Source of the DNA: Lama glama
Lineage: Eukaryota
Assembly: GCA_028534125.1 (NCBI GenBank)
Contig: CM052817.1
Location: forward strand, 31,312,001-31,375,608
Direction of reading: 5' to 3'
DNA length: 63,608 nucleotides
Under the pieces are notes generated by a model. The model was not told where the DNA came from and did no database searches. It was given only the letters and a program-made list of their open reading frames with translations. Every line of letters begins with the position of its first letter. Position 1 is the stretch's first letter. Of the stretch, positions 52,938-63,608 are shown one piece after another. Made by a program: the position numbers and the translations under genes.

Positions 52938-54849
52938 AGAGACAATGTGTTATGCTAGCTAAGTGTAAGAATGAAGGCTTTCCACAATGGTCAGAAGCCT
53001 TAATGTGTTATCCTTCCCACTTTCCTCATTGAATCAGAAAGTATTTTGAATTCTAAAAATTCACCATAGAAATTAATAAATTCTATTACCTGAAGGTTTC
53101 CTTGCCTTTTATATTAGGGTACCTCACCTAAATATCTGTTTCACAATGGAATTTCTCAAGAAATGCGTGTTCATGAGAAGTGTTTTTGAAAGTCTAACTT
53201 AAGGGTCCATCTTCTATTAGATCGACTGTGGTTTCACCATCCATTACATGTATTGACTGTACTTTGAGTTATCACTTTGGCCATAAGCATTTACTTCCTT
53301 GTGCATAAATCTATGTTTGCATATGAATGTCCCACTTTCCCAATATTCTCTAAGCTTCTCAAGAGCAGAGAACTTTCTTTTTCTCTTTATATCCCCTGGG
53401 ACAAAGCAAATACAAACTTTTGATGGAAAATAATAAAGGTGAGTAAACATATAAAAAGGCAAATAAATACTTAGAACCCAACACTTGAGATCCCCTGGAC
53501 TCTAATTACACAGAGATTTTTGTCAGTCACAAAGAGTATTTGGAATTTAGGATAACTTTCTTCCTGCCTTTCTTACAAATCTGTATCTGAGACCCAAAAG
53601 AACATATAAAAAGTACAAATATTTTAAATTGACAATTTGCAGATAACATATTCCAATCTGCCCTTAATTAGTATTTTTGCTTCTCAACACTGGTTGAGCA
53701 CGGGCTGTGTGAGCAGCAGAACCATGTAGCTTGCTGTGGTGTGAAGGGGAGAAAGAAAAGAGGAAGAATAGAATGTTGACAGGTTTCCAGCCCTGCAGAA
53801 GTTAACAAGAGAACTTTGTAAGTAATAAAAATCCAATATGACAACTTTGTGTGTACACAGGCCAACTCTGTAGAGTTGGGAGGTTCACGAAAAGCTTTCA
53901 AAAGCAGGGAATATGGAACTGGATTTTGAAGAATGAGTAGGAGTTTGCTAGGCAGTAAGAGGAAATGAGCATTCTTGGCAGAGGAAAGAGTATGTGAAGA
54001 AGTTAAAGAATGAAGAAAAGAGCGAGTATTTCTAGTGGCTGGGATTAGGACACCTGGGGGCCTGCGGCTTCCCCTCAGCACTCACATCTGCGGAGCATTT
54101 ACCATCAGGGCACTGACCCAATATTTTATCACGATCCAATGATCAATGTCTTTCCCACCAGACTTAAAAGCAGGTACCAATGAGCTCTGATTTATGTTTT
54201 CAGAAACTTATATAATGCCATGCTTATAACAAACATCCAAAAAATTTTGCTTCATTTTTATTATTTATTTTATTGTGTGAACACTACTCTCAAAAAATAA
54301 ACATCTACACTCTGTCATCATTTTAATGATAGTAATTAAATAACTATTCCTATAACAAGTACAACATACATTTATATTCCCAGTTGCCTTTAGAATAATT
54401 TTATCAAGTTCCCAAGAAAACAATATGCTTTTAAAAAGAGGTTTCATGAAATTTATGGATTAATTTTGGGAGAATCAACATACTTAATATATTAAAAAAA
54501 AATTAATCACATGACAAGGGACATCTCGTCATTTATTGATGGCTTTTAAAAAGCTACTTTGTTAGTCTTCATAATTTTCATTCAATAAGCGAGGCATATT
54601 TCTTATTAAATGTACGCTATGTATTTAAATTTTGTATCTGTAAATAAGATCTGTTTTTTGTTATATTGTCTAATTATTACTGCTTTATAGGAGAGCTATT
54701 AATTTATATATTTCTTTTGTAGCCTATCATCTTATTGAACTTTAGTTTTAATAGTTTTAAATTGATCCACTTGAGTTTTCTAGGTAGACAATTTTATACA
54801 TATACCCACAAGTACTGATAATTTTATCTCTTCAAAATGTTTATCTCAT

Positions 54850-54980
54850 GGGGAGGATATAGCTCAATGGGAGAGCACATGCCTAGCATGCATGAGGTCC
54901 TGGGTTCAATCCTCAGTACCTCCTTAATAAAAATTAAATAAATAAATAATTACCTCCCCCAAAAATGTAAAAAACTTTAA
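54850..54980 (+). mobile_element. Vic-1-like tRNA-Ala SINE
   Basis: Same head, taaa repeats, C-run tail. Confidence 0.85.
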
Positions 54981-55200
54981 AAAAAGCTTACCTCATTTCT
55001 TTTTCTTATTTCATGTTGATGAGTAGAAGTTATCAATGTTAAATAGAAGATATTATATCTTCTTGTTTCAGTCTCTAGAATTTCTCTTATTTTGCCCACT
55101 GATTTCAGATAAATTTTCTTTATTATGTTAAAGAAGTTTTCTTTTATTACTAATTTCCTATTTTTCCAAGAATACATGTTAAAAAAAAAAATTCTCTAGC

Positions 55201-55290
55201 GGGGTGCGTAATAGTTCAATGGAAGAGCACATGCTTAATATGCGTGAGGTCCTGCATTCAATCTGCAGTACTTACATTAAAAAAAAAAGA
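55201..55290 (+). mobile_element. Diverged Vic-1-like tRNA-Ala SINE
   Basis: Degenerate head plus poly-A. Confidence 0.75.
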
Positions 55291-56473
55291 ATTTATGTTA
55301 AATTTCATGTCATCTCTCATCAGCTAAAGCTGCATGAATTATTAAAGTTAAGTTGATTCATACTTTGGAATATTTGTACATTTCAGAACCATTAGGTGTA
55401 ATTATAAGCGCTTGTCTTTTATTTACCATTACACACTGATACTTCACCACCACCATGTCCATTCTCTTTTGTCTGTCTGCTTGATCTAACAATGACATGA
55501 GTGAGCAATATTTATGGAGGGAATGCTAAGTGAAAGAATGAATGTAGTAGAACAAATTGATTCAGGAATATGTAAATAGAAAAGGTCAAAATGTAAAAAG
55601 CCAACCATAAGACGTGTCTTTATCAGTAGGAACATTTTAAAAGCTTAGTTTAATGTCTAACTTTCTGATATAGAATGAAATCATGAATATTTAAAATCCC
55701 ATAATCTTGGCACAACAAAAATGATCAAGAGTAGTTTTTAAACTTATAAAAATAAAACATGACAGTAATTGATGTTTTAAAGTCTAATTAAAATACACAT
55801 GCCTATCATGGAGAATTAAGAGAAGGCAAGGGGTGGTGTCAAAAGGCCAAAAAATTAATAAATAAAAATAAATAAAAGGCAAAGTGATTTAAATTCTGGG
55901 TCCATCACATAATAGTAATATGTTGCCTTGAGGGAGTCATAAAATCTCTTTAGATCACTTACTTATTCATCTCTAAAAGGGCATATGCAAGTTGTTATAA
56001 TAATGCTTATAAAGAATCTAACACTTAAGAAGTTCTTAATCCTCATATTTTCAGGAGTTAATTTTTTGTTAAGATTTATATGGATTTGACAGTGTTCTAT
56101 CTTCAAATGTTTTAAAGAGAAAAAAACCTAGTATACGCTACTTCCTTTGGGAAAAGACACATCTGCCAAAGGTACTGCTTTGACTTCTAAAAATGAACTT
56201 GAAATTTGCAAAAAGGTAGCATTTACTATGTTTTGATATCCAGGTTAGCAGAATCATTGCCATGCCTTATGTATTGCTATTTTTAACTAAAATGGTATTT
56301 TAGTAGGATATTCATGTATCTGTCCAAAAAACCCGAGAAGTCAATAAAAATACAATCAGCAGCTGTAACTAGAAAGCAAGTAACATGGAAAACAAAGCAA
56401 ATCCTGATGCTTTTACAAAACAGAGGTATAAACACATGTGAAAATGCAATTGTAGTGACCACTGGGTTCTTAC

Positions 56474-56582
56474 CTTTGGTTGCTTAAGCAGTATACACGT
56501 GTCTTCTAGAAATGGAAGTCAGCGGTGTATCCAGAACAAAGAGGGATACAGTATAAATCTTGACATTGTCAAAATCCAGGTC
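56474..56582 (-). other. CNGA1: CNGA1 5'UTR exon (109 nt)
   Basis: Strong donor AAAG|GTAAGA at 56473, acceptor TAG at 56585-56583; resembles the remembered human CNGA1 5'UTR (...CAACCAAAG joined to ATAT...ATG). Confidence 0.75.
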
Positions 56583-58675
56583 CTAATTTTTTTACATAAT
56601 AAATATGCTGATCTTTTTGCTTTCTTTAAACATGCACAAACAACTAGTTTTCTTCATCATTCCCAAGGAAAGAAGCAGTTCTGTGGCACTGACAAGGGAG
56701 GATATTCATGAGTCAGTATTGGATTTGCGGATTTATATACAGATGAAAATAACAGCAACCAAATCACCATTATCCTTCGCTCGAGCCCGAGCTTATTAAC
56801 ATGTGTGAGGGTGAGGGATAAAAGGGCATTTCTCAGAACTACAACTCTCTTACCAAATTTGCAAGTAAACTTGACCAAAGGGAAAATTGCCTGATGAGTT
56901 TTATTAGGGTTATGTTATCAATACACCCAGGGTTACAATCTGGAAAGAACTGTCTAGGTTTCAACAAAGTGTGACTAAATTTTTAAATAGAGTGCCATCT
57001 TATTAAAAAAAATAACTGAACTATAAATTGGGTGCACTTATTTATTCATTTGTCTGTTTATTGTGTATTTTGTCGAAGAACTACATGTTTGAAATATATC
57101 TGGTCAGAAATAAAACAGCTTGCCTGAGAGAATAATTCATACTTTTAATGTGCAAAAAACATGAAGATATGACACTTAATGTCTAAATGTTATTCTAATG
57201 ACCTAAAAGTAAATTTCCCTCAGAATTTTTAACGCAATATTTGACCGTTTACATACTCACAAAACTTTTTTTTCTGATTTATTGCTGAAAATCAGAATGT
57301 CATGAAATAAATACTGTCTCCATTTAGCAACTGCCTTAATTTTAACCTTTCATCTCCAAAAATACAGCATTCTTTCTCCAGAACTTGCAGTATTTGTTCT
57401 ACTGAATAATTAGCCACTGAATCACCCGGTAATGTTTACTGTCCCAGTTCAATGGCTTCAGTTTCCAGTGGGGCTAAGAGGTTCTCAGAAGAGGGATACC
57501 CCAAGATGTTTGGAAAATAAAATTAGCAGAGTACTGAGTACTTTTGGAAAATTGGCCTTTGGATTCTAGATTTTTTTAATAATATTTTATTTTTAATTAT
57601 AAAATAAAACATGTTTCATAGAATTTGGATAATACAGAAAGGAAGAAAATAAAACAAATACATTCTTACCATTTTGGTTTTGGTTTATACATTCTGATTT
57701 ATATACATATATATAAGTAATTCTGATTTCATTTATTATCATTTTATACTACTAAATATCTATCCAAAACATCCTTTGTAAGACTGCATAATATTCTATC
57801 ATATTCCATTATTCCATGATTCCATGATTTATTGATTGATTTTCATATCATTGGACATTTTCTCTGGTCTAAAATATTTTGAGATAAATGCTCTTATTCT
57901 TAAATTGTTATGTACACATGTGATCATTTACTATTTTCTTAGAAATGAAATTACTAAAGCATATTACCATTCTTATCACTTTAAATTTTTATTGCCAATA
58001 TAATTTCCAGAAAATCTATGTTTACCTGTTTGACTTTATAAAGTTAAATAAATGACTATCATTGGTAATTTGTTGACATCTTTCCATTTTTCATTGATCA
58101 ATCAGTATTTTACCAAATTTACTATTTTGAGTTGCTTTTCTGCAATCTTGTAGTTAAACACAACGCTTTAAGCTGCTAGTATGTATTTTTGATAAATCAA
58201 TTCATTGTAAACCTCCTCCAAACTAACCACTATGGCCACTTGTGTGTCACAAGTTAGCTTTATGCTAAAACGATACTGTGTCAGTCTCATGTTGTCTCCT
58301 CTTTAAGCAGAGTTACATAATCTACTTAGAAAATTAAGCCCCTTGCTTTGAGTGACATGGCTGGACCTTAAGCTCATCTCTATGAAATTACTTGTAAAAA
58401 CATTGCAAAAAGCGCAAAATGGTAATAAGTGTTAAAATGACAGGTATAAAAGAAAATAAGTAATGAACAGACATACAAAGAGAAATTCTCAAGGTGGGAA
58501 GGAATTTAACTTTTCTCAACACTAAATACATGGCTTAAATCCCAAAACTGGGATACAGAATCTACTTCATTTTATAGAGGAGGACATGAAGGCTGGGAGA
58601 TGAGGTAATTTGCAGAGGGTCACAATGGCTAGTAGCGTGTCAGTTAGCTGGGATTCACACGGATTCAACCAGATA

Positions 58676-59027
58676 CGGTTGCTAGATTTAGCAAATAAAA
58701 ATACAGTATGAGTGTGTCCCACCTATTGCATTAGACAAACTTATACTAAAAATTTATTTGAAGATAAACAACAAGTTCATACTATATAGCACAGGGGACT
58801 ATATTCAATATCTTGCAGTAACCTATAGTGAAAAAGAATATGAAAATGAATATATGTATTTTCATGTATGATTGAAGCATTGTGCTGTACACTGGAAATT
58901 GATGCAACATTGTAGACTGACTGTACTTCAATAAAAAATATATTTAAAAAAGAGAAAAAAAAGTCTTTTGTTACTTATCTGAAATTCAAATCTAACTGGG
59001 TGTTCTGGATTTTATCTGGCAACTCCA
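58676..59027. mobile_element. MER53-like palindromic DNA transposon split by an L1 3' fragment (~58761-58965)
   Basis: Inverted ends ggttgctagat...atctggcaact; L1 tail in the middle. Confidence 0.75.
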
Positions 59028-60489
59028 CACCAAGACCTATCTAACCCCGGAGCACCACACTGCCTTAGTTATCTGGAAAGTAAGAACATGAAAAATCATG
59101 TCAATTCACCCATTTCAGCATTGTGTCTCTAACAGCAACAGCAAAGAGCTCCGTATATGAGAAAAAAACTGTTGTTTTTCACCAACTGTGATTCAGTTTC
59201 TCATCGATAAGTTGGACATAACCTGCAAGCCCCTTAGCACATCACCTACACAGAAGTGCTCAAAAACAGTTTTTATTATTACTTTTTGTGTGATAATTAT
59301 ATCCTTCACATCTAAGAAATTTTCTCCTTGAAATATTTTAAATGTTTCTTAATCGCCCAACTGGGATCTATTATTCATTAAAATACTCAGACCCTTTGTG
59401 GACCTCTTTAACATTCTCAGTTAAATATTACTTCTTGGGAGTGAGGGTTTTCAGAAAATTATACTTGTTGTCTGATATAAAAGACCCTTTTATTCTTAAA
59501 TCCAGTGTTTACTCTATCTATGTCTCTCTTATACCAACTATGGCCACCGACTTTTTGGTGGGGGCGGTTTCTGTGGCATCATGCTGGGTTTAAATGGAGA
59601 GGTTGTGGAGTCATGGGCCTGAGTGTGAATCTCAGCTCCACTGTTCTCTAGCTCTGGAATTTGGAGCATGGGTAGTGAGCCTTCTAGGCCTCAGATTCAG
59701 TTCCCACGGCATGGACATGATATGTAGCAGACTTGTTCTGAGGTTTAAAATGAGATGTAGTAATATGAAGAATTTATTACACTTCCTAAAGCATAGTAAA
59801 CACCTGATAAGTGACTATTATTGTAATTTTTAAAGACCAATGGCAGAGTTAAGCTTTTATTTTTACAATAATTAGCTTACTGTCATGAATTTGCCTGCTT
59901 TCTTTAAAAAGTTGAAAATACATTTTCTGGTTAGGAAATAGACTAGGTTAGTTAGAGCAATCTTTTCCTAGTCCTACCTCACACATGAAAGATATAACTA
60001 AAACAAATATACCAAAAAATTAAACAAAATGACAAGATTGGGAACTTGCTCCCACATATAGCTGTGGAATATTCATTTTCTCATGGATTGCTCGTTGACA
60101 CTTTCTTAAATAAGCCAATGAATTAAAAAAAAACAGTTGAAGCAATAATTTTAATAAAACTTTCTTCCTCCTGCCGACTCAATTCCTGGCTGACATCATA
60201 AAATTTCACAGAATTTGTCATAACATTGCTCTTCCCCCGTGACTCATACACAAACACTCAGGATATTCTTCACCTCTTTGGAATGACTCACTTGTTTTAT
60301 CTCAAGTGCACCTTGCCCTACTTGCTCTCACACTTCCTCCATGCACCTTCCCACTTCAAAACTATAATTAAGGGTGAACTGAATTTCGTTTTTTTAACTA
60401 ATCCTTTTTTTTTTTTTGTCTTTTCATCCCCTAAGTTTTAGTTTCCTCATTTTTTTAATTGAAGTGTAACTGGTTTATAATATTGCTTT

Positions 60490-60618
60490 TACTATTTTTA
60501 AACACTCTATTTTGGGGGTGGGTTGTAATTAGGGCTGTTTTGGTTTTTTTAGTGGAGGTACTGGGTCTTGAACTCAGGACCTTATGCGTGCTAAGCATGT
60601 GCTCCACCACTGAGCTGA
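60490..60618 (-). mobile_element. Vic-1-like tRNA-Ala SINE
   Basis: gtggaggtactgggtcttgaactcaggacc...ccactgagct. Confidence 0.85.
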
Positions 60619-62311
60619 ATATTTTTGATTCTTGGGATATGCTTATTGGTTGTGTAGTCTTGAGAAAATGATTTAAGCATTCTGAGCCTCAATTTCCTCA
60701 TCTGTAAAATGGAAATACAACACTTACCTCGTTAGGTTTTTGTGAGGATAAATGGAGCAAGATTGGAGCCTATGACACACTGCTGGTAAATAAAAAGACC
60801 CTTAATAACGTGCTCCCTCTCCCTCTCCCTCTCCCTCTCCTGTAAACTGGAGCTTTGCGGCATATTGTTTAGGCCTCACATATACTCAGTGCACTGCAGC
60901 TGGACTTCTGAGAGCCAGGTACATGTGGCTATTTAATAACTAGTAGGCGAAGATACAGAGCCATTATTTATACCTTGTTTCTAAATATCTTATTATATGA
61001 TTCAAGTAGAGTGTGACTAAATGAAACAATTCATTTCAGCTTTTTTTAAATGAGAAGCTATGTTTTAATGTGTGTAGAGCACTTAACAATGTGAAACAAT
61101 AATCCTTCGTAGAGGCATAGAATTCATTCCAGTATTTGTTCATTCATTCGGCACATAATTCCTGAGCACTGCACTGTGCTGAGCACTGCTGTAAGGTCTG
61201 GGAGCACACACAAGCCCTTTCCTTAGAGTTTATACACAGGAGGGAGACAGGCAAAGAAGAGATGCTCACGATACAGTGTGATCAAGAGCTGAGGAAGCAC
61301 ATAAAGGAGCCCTGAGATTTGGGGAGGAAAAGAGCTGGACTAGAAGACTTCGAGGGGGAAATTATCTCTTTGCCGAAATTGAAGGTAAGTAGGGATGTTA
61401 TTTTCATAGATATGACACACATACTAGGATATTTTTCTGATTCACCCAAAATTATGTTTAATTTTGTTTTGTTTTATTTTGTTTTCCCTCCAAAGTACAG
61501 TTCGCTTGACCCAGTCTATCTATCAATGGATTTCTTTTCTTGGGACCTGCAGTAACCTTGACTGGTGGAAAGAACACAGCCACATTGGATTATCTGTTTA
61601 GTAGGCTACTTTTAGTCTGGTTCCCAGTCTTGCTTTGTCAGCTCCCTTTAAATCTTTGTAATCCTATTTAAACTGCCTCTAACTACAGATGCTCATTTGC
61701 ATGACATTGACTCTTTCGTATTTTAATTTCAAAAATTATGTGAGTCAAGGGATTTTGGCTCTTGGCCCTAAATTATTAAATATTGAAACTGTAGGATTCT
61801 ACTTGTATGAGGTTCCTAGAGGAGTCAAATCCATAGAGACAGAAAGTAGAATGGTGGTTGCCAGGGGTTGTGGGAGAGGGAGTGAGGAGTTAGTGTTTAA
61901 TTGGGGTTTTAGCTAGAGAAAATGAAACAGTTCTGGAGATGGCTGGTGGTGTTGAGTGTACAATGATGTGAATATACTTATGTTGCTGATCTGTGTGCAT
62001 TAAAATGACTGTTGTAAAAATAAAATAAAATAAATATTTGATGGTCTGTCTTCCAACACACCAAGACCTTCAGCCAGAGTGGTCAGTGATGTCTCCTCAG
62101 CACTGATAACCATGATAATTAAACCTCATGTAATTCATTGTTTACTGTCTATCTCCCCAGTGAGAGCTGTGAACTCCACAAGGCAGGGGCTGTGTCTATG
62201 CTGTCCATCACTGTGTCTCCAGTGTCTGGCTCAAAGCCATGCATAGTCATTCATTCAACACTTATTTACTCAGCACCAGGCTTTCTTCTGAGCACTGAGA
62301 AGTCAATAGTA

Positions 62312-62848
62312 GTTCATTTGTGTCCCCTTTTTTTTAGATCCCACAGATAAGTGATATCATGTGGCATCTCTCTTTCTCTTTCTGGCTTACTTCATTTAGA
62401 GTGATGATCCCCAGGTCCATCCATGTTGCTGCAAATGGCATTATTTCATTCTGTTTTATGGCTGAGTAGTACTCCATTGTATATATATACACCACATCTT
62501 CTTTATCCAGTCATCTGTTGAATGAATTACTTATTATTTATAACTTAGATGATTGATTTCTTGAATATGTGTAAGCATATTTGACTGCTCTTTATGATTG
62601 GATTACTGAATTCTGTTGATTCTTAGTTTGTGGTTGGTTTTATTCCTTTGATAACTATATAAGTTTAAAAAGCTAACGTTCTAAACTGTTAGAAACAATG
62701 AACAGTACATACATGTAAATTTTTAAAAACGTGCAGTATATTGTATATATGTATTTACATGCAATATATTGTATATGTGCATTCAAATTATATCAATTTT
62801 ACCTAATAAAACTGAAAAACGAAAAAAAAATATTCACGTTAAAAAAAA
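62312..62848. mobile_element. Chimeric L1 insertion (inverted L1 piece plus polyadenylated other sequence) interrupting an L2
   Basis: 14-bp TSD agaagtcaatagta at 62298-62311 and 62849-62862; the L2 reads continuously across the removed insert. Confidence 0.7.
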
Positions 62849-62862
62849 AGAAGTCAATAGTA

Positions 62863-63600
62863 AACGAAACTAAGTTCCTGCCCTCGTGGAGTATATATTC
62901 TAATGGGGTAAGAAAGACAATAAACAAAGCAGTAAACACAGAAGTCAGACAGTGATTAGTAATATGATAAAGCAAGGGGATAGAAAATGGTGTGGGGATG
63001 GGGGAGGATGTTTAGATGGAGTACTCAGGGAAAGCCTCACCCAGCAGAGACCTCAATACAGGGACAGAGCTAGCCACGCCCAGTTCTGGGGGAAGATCCT
63101 GCCTGGCAAGAGGACATGTGCCAAGCCAAGTGCTTAGCATATTTAAAGAACAGCAAGGAGGCCAGATGGCTAAGTTGGAGGAAGCAAGGGGAGAGGGGGA
63201 GGAGTTAAGGTCTTGGAGAGGGGGAGGAGTTAAGGTCTTAGAGGACAGATCATGTGGAGAACCATTAGGTTCAAGCTGTCAGAGCAATTCAGTGAGAGAT
63301 GGCAGTGGGTCAGACCAGGATGGCAGAAGTGGGTGGAGGTGGTGAGAAGGGGATATATTTCTAAGATAGAGGCAATAAGATTTGCTGATTGATTGGATTT
63401 GGGATTTGAGTGAAAGAGTAGAGTCGAGGTTGACTTTAGGTTTTTTGACCTAAGAAACCAAAGAATAGGCTGCAATTTAATGAGATAGGAAAGTCACCAA
63501 AAAGAATAGGCTGGAGGGAGAGGGAGTTCGGGGGTTCTGTTAGGAAAATAAAAAATGAGTGCAGGTCAGTGCCTCAGTAATATTCATTGAAATGGATAAA
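62863..63600 (-). mobile_element. L2 remnant (others at ~5330-6000, 12840-13170, 45690-46100, 48480-49000, 61135-61350)
   Basis: Purine-rich antisense L2 3' signature (cattcattcaaca...cctgccctcgtggag...ggatatatttctaag...gatttgctgattgattgga). Confidence 0.7.
63190..63239 (+). repeat. Perfect 2x25-bp tandem duplication ggagagggggaggagttaaggtctt
   Basis: Read directly. Confidence 0.9.
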
Positions 63601-63608
63601 TGAAAAAC

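Noticed and set aside
63190..63239. 25-bp direct repeat as CRISPR-like or functional array
   Set aside because: Two adjacent copies with no spacer, inside an L2 remnant; simple slippage duplication

Overview
Mammalian genomic DNA, very probably a camelid, judging by eight tRNA-Ala-derived SINEs matching the camelid Vic-1 family. Two minus-strand genes are present. (1) The 5' part of NFXL1: a CpG-island promoter at ~9.95-11.15 kb, a non-coding exon 1 and four coding exons running off the left end. (2) The complete CDS of the rod cGMP-gated channel CNGA1: 8 coding exons at 36066->24437 (2088 nt, 695 aa), plus a 5'UTR exon at 56474-56582. The rest is AT-rich intron or intergenic DNA with L1, L2, MIR, MER, LTR and ERVL remnants and one 100-N gap. 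I found no credible new protein-coding system. The most interesting signals are retrotransposition footprints that the ORF track misses: a GPX1 processed pseudogene with a decayed SECIS and a solo LTR at its tail; a TSD-flanked 1.55-kb 3'UTR-like retrocopy just downstream of CNGA1; a 157-bp mRNA 3' end inserted inside an L1; an L1 3' transduction; and an inverted L1 chimera. CNGA1 also carries an in-frame 24-bp duplication and a TAG-GAC-TGA ending. Comparisons to human and bovine sequences, and repeat family names, are from memory and need alignment.
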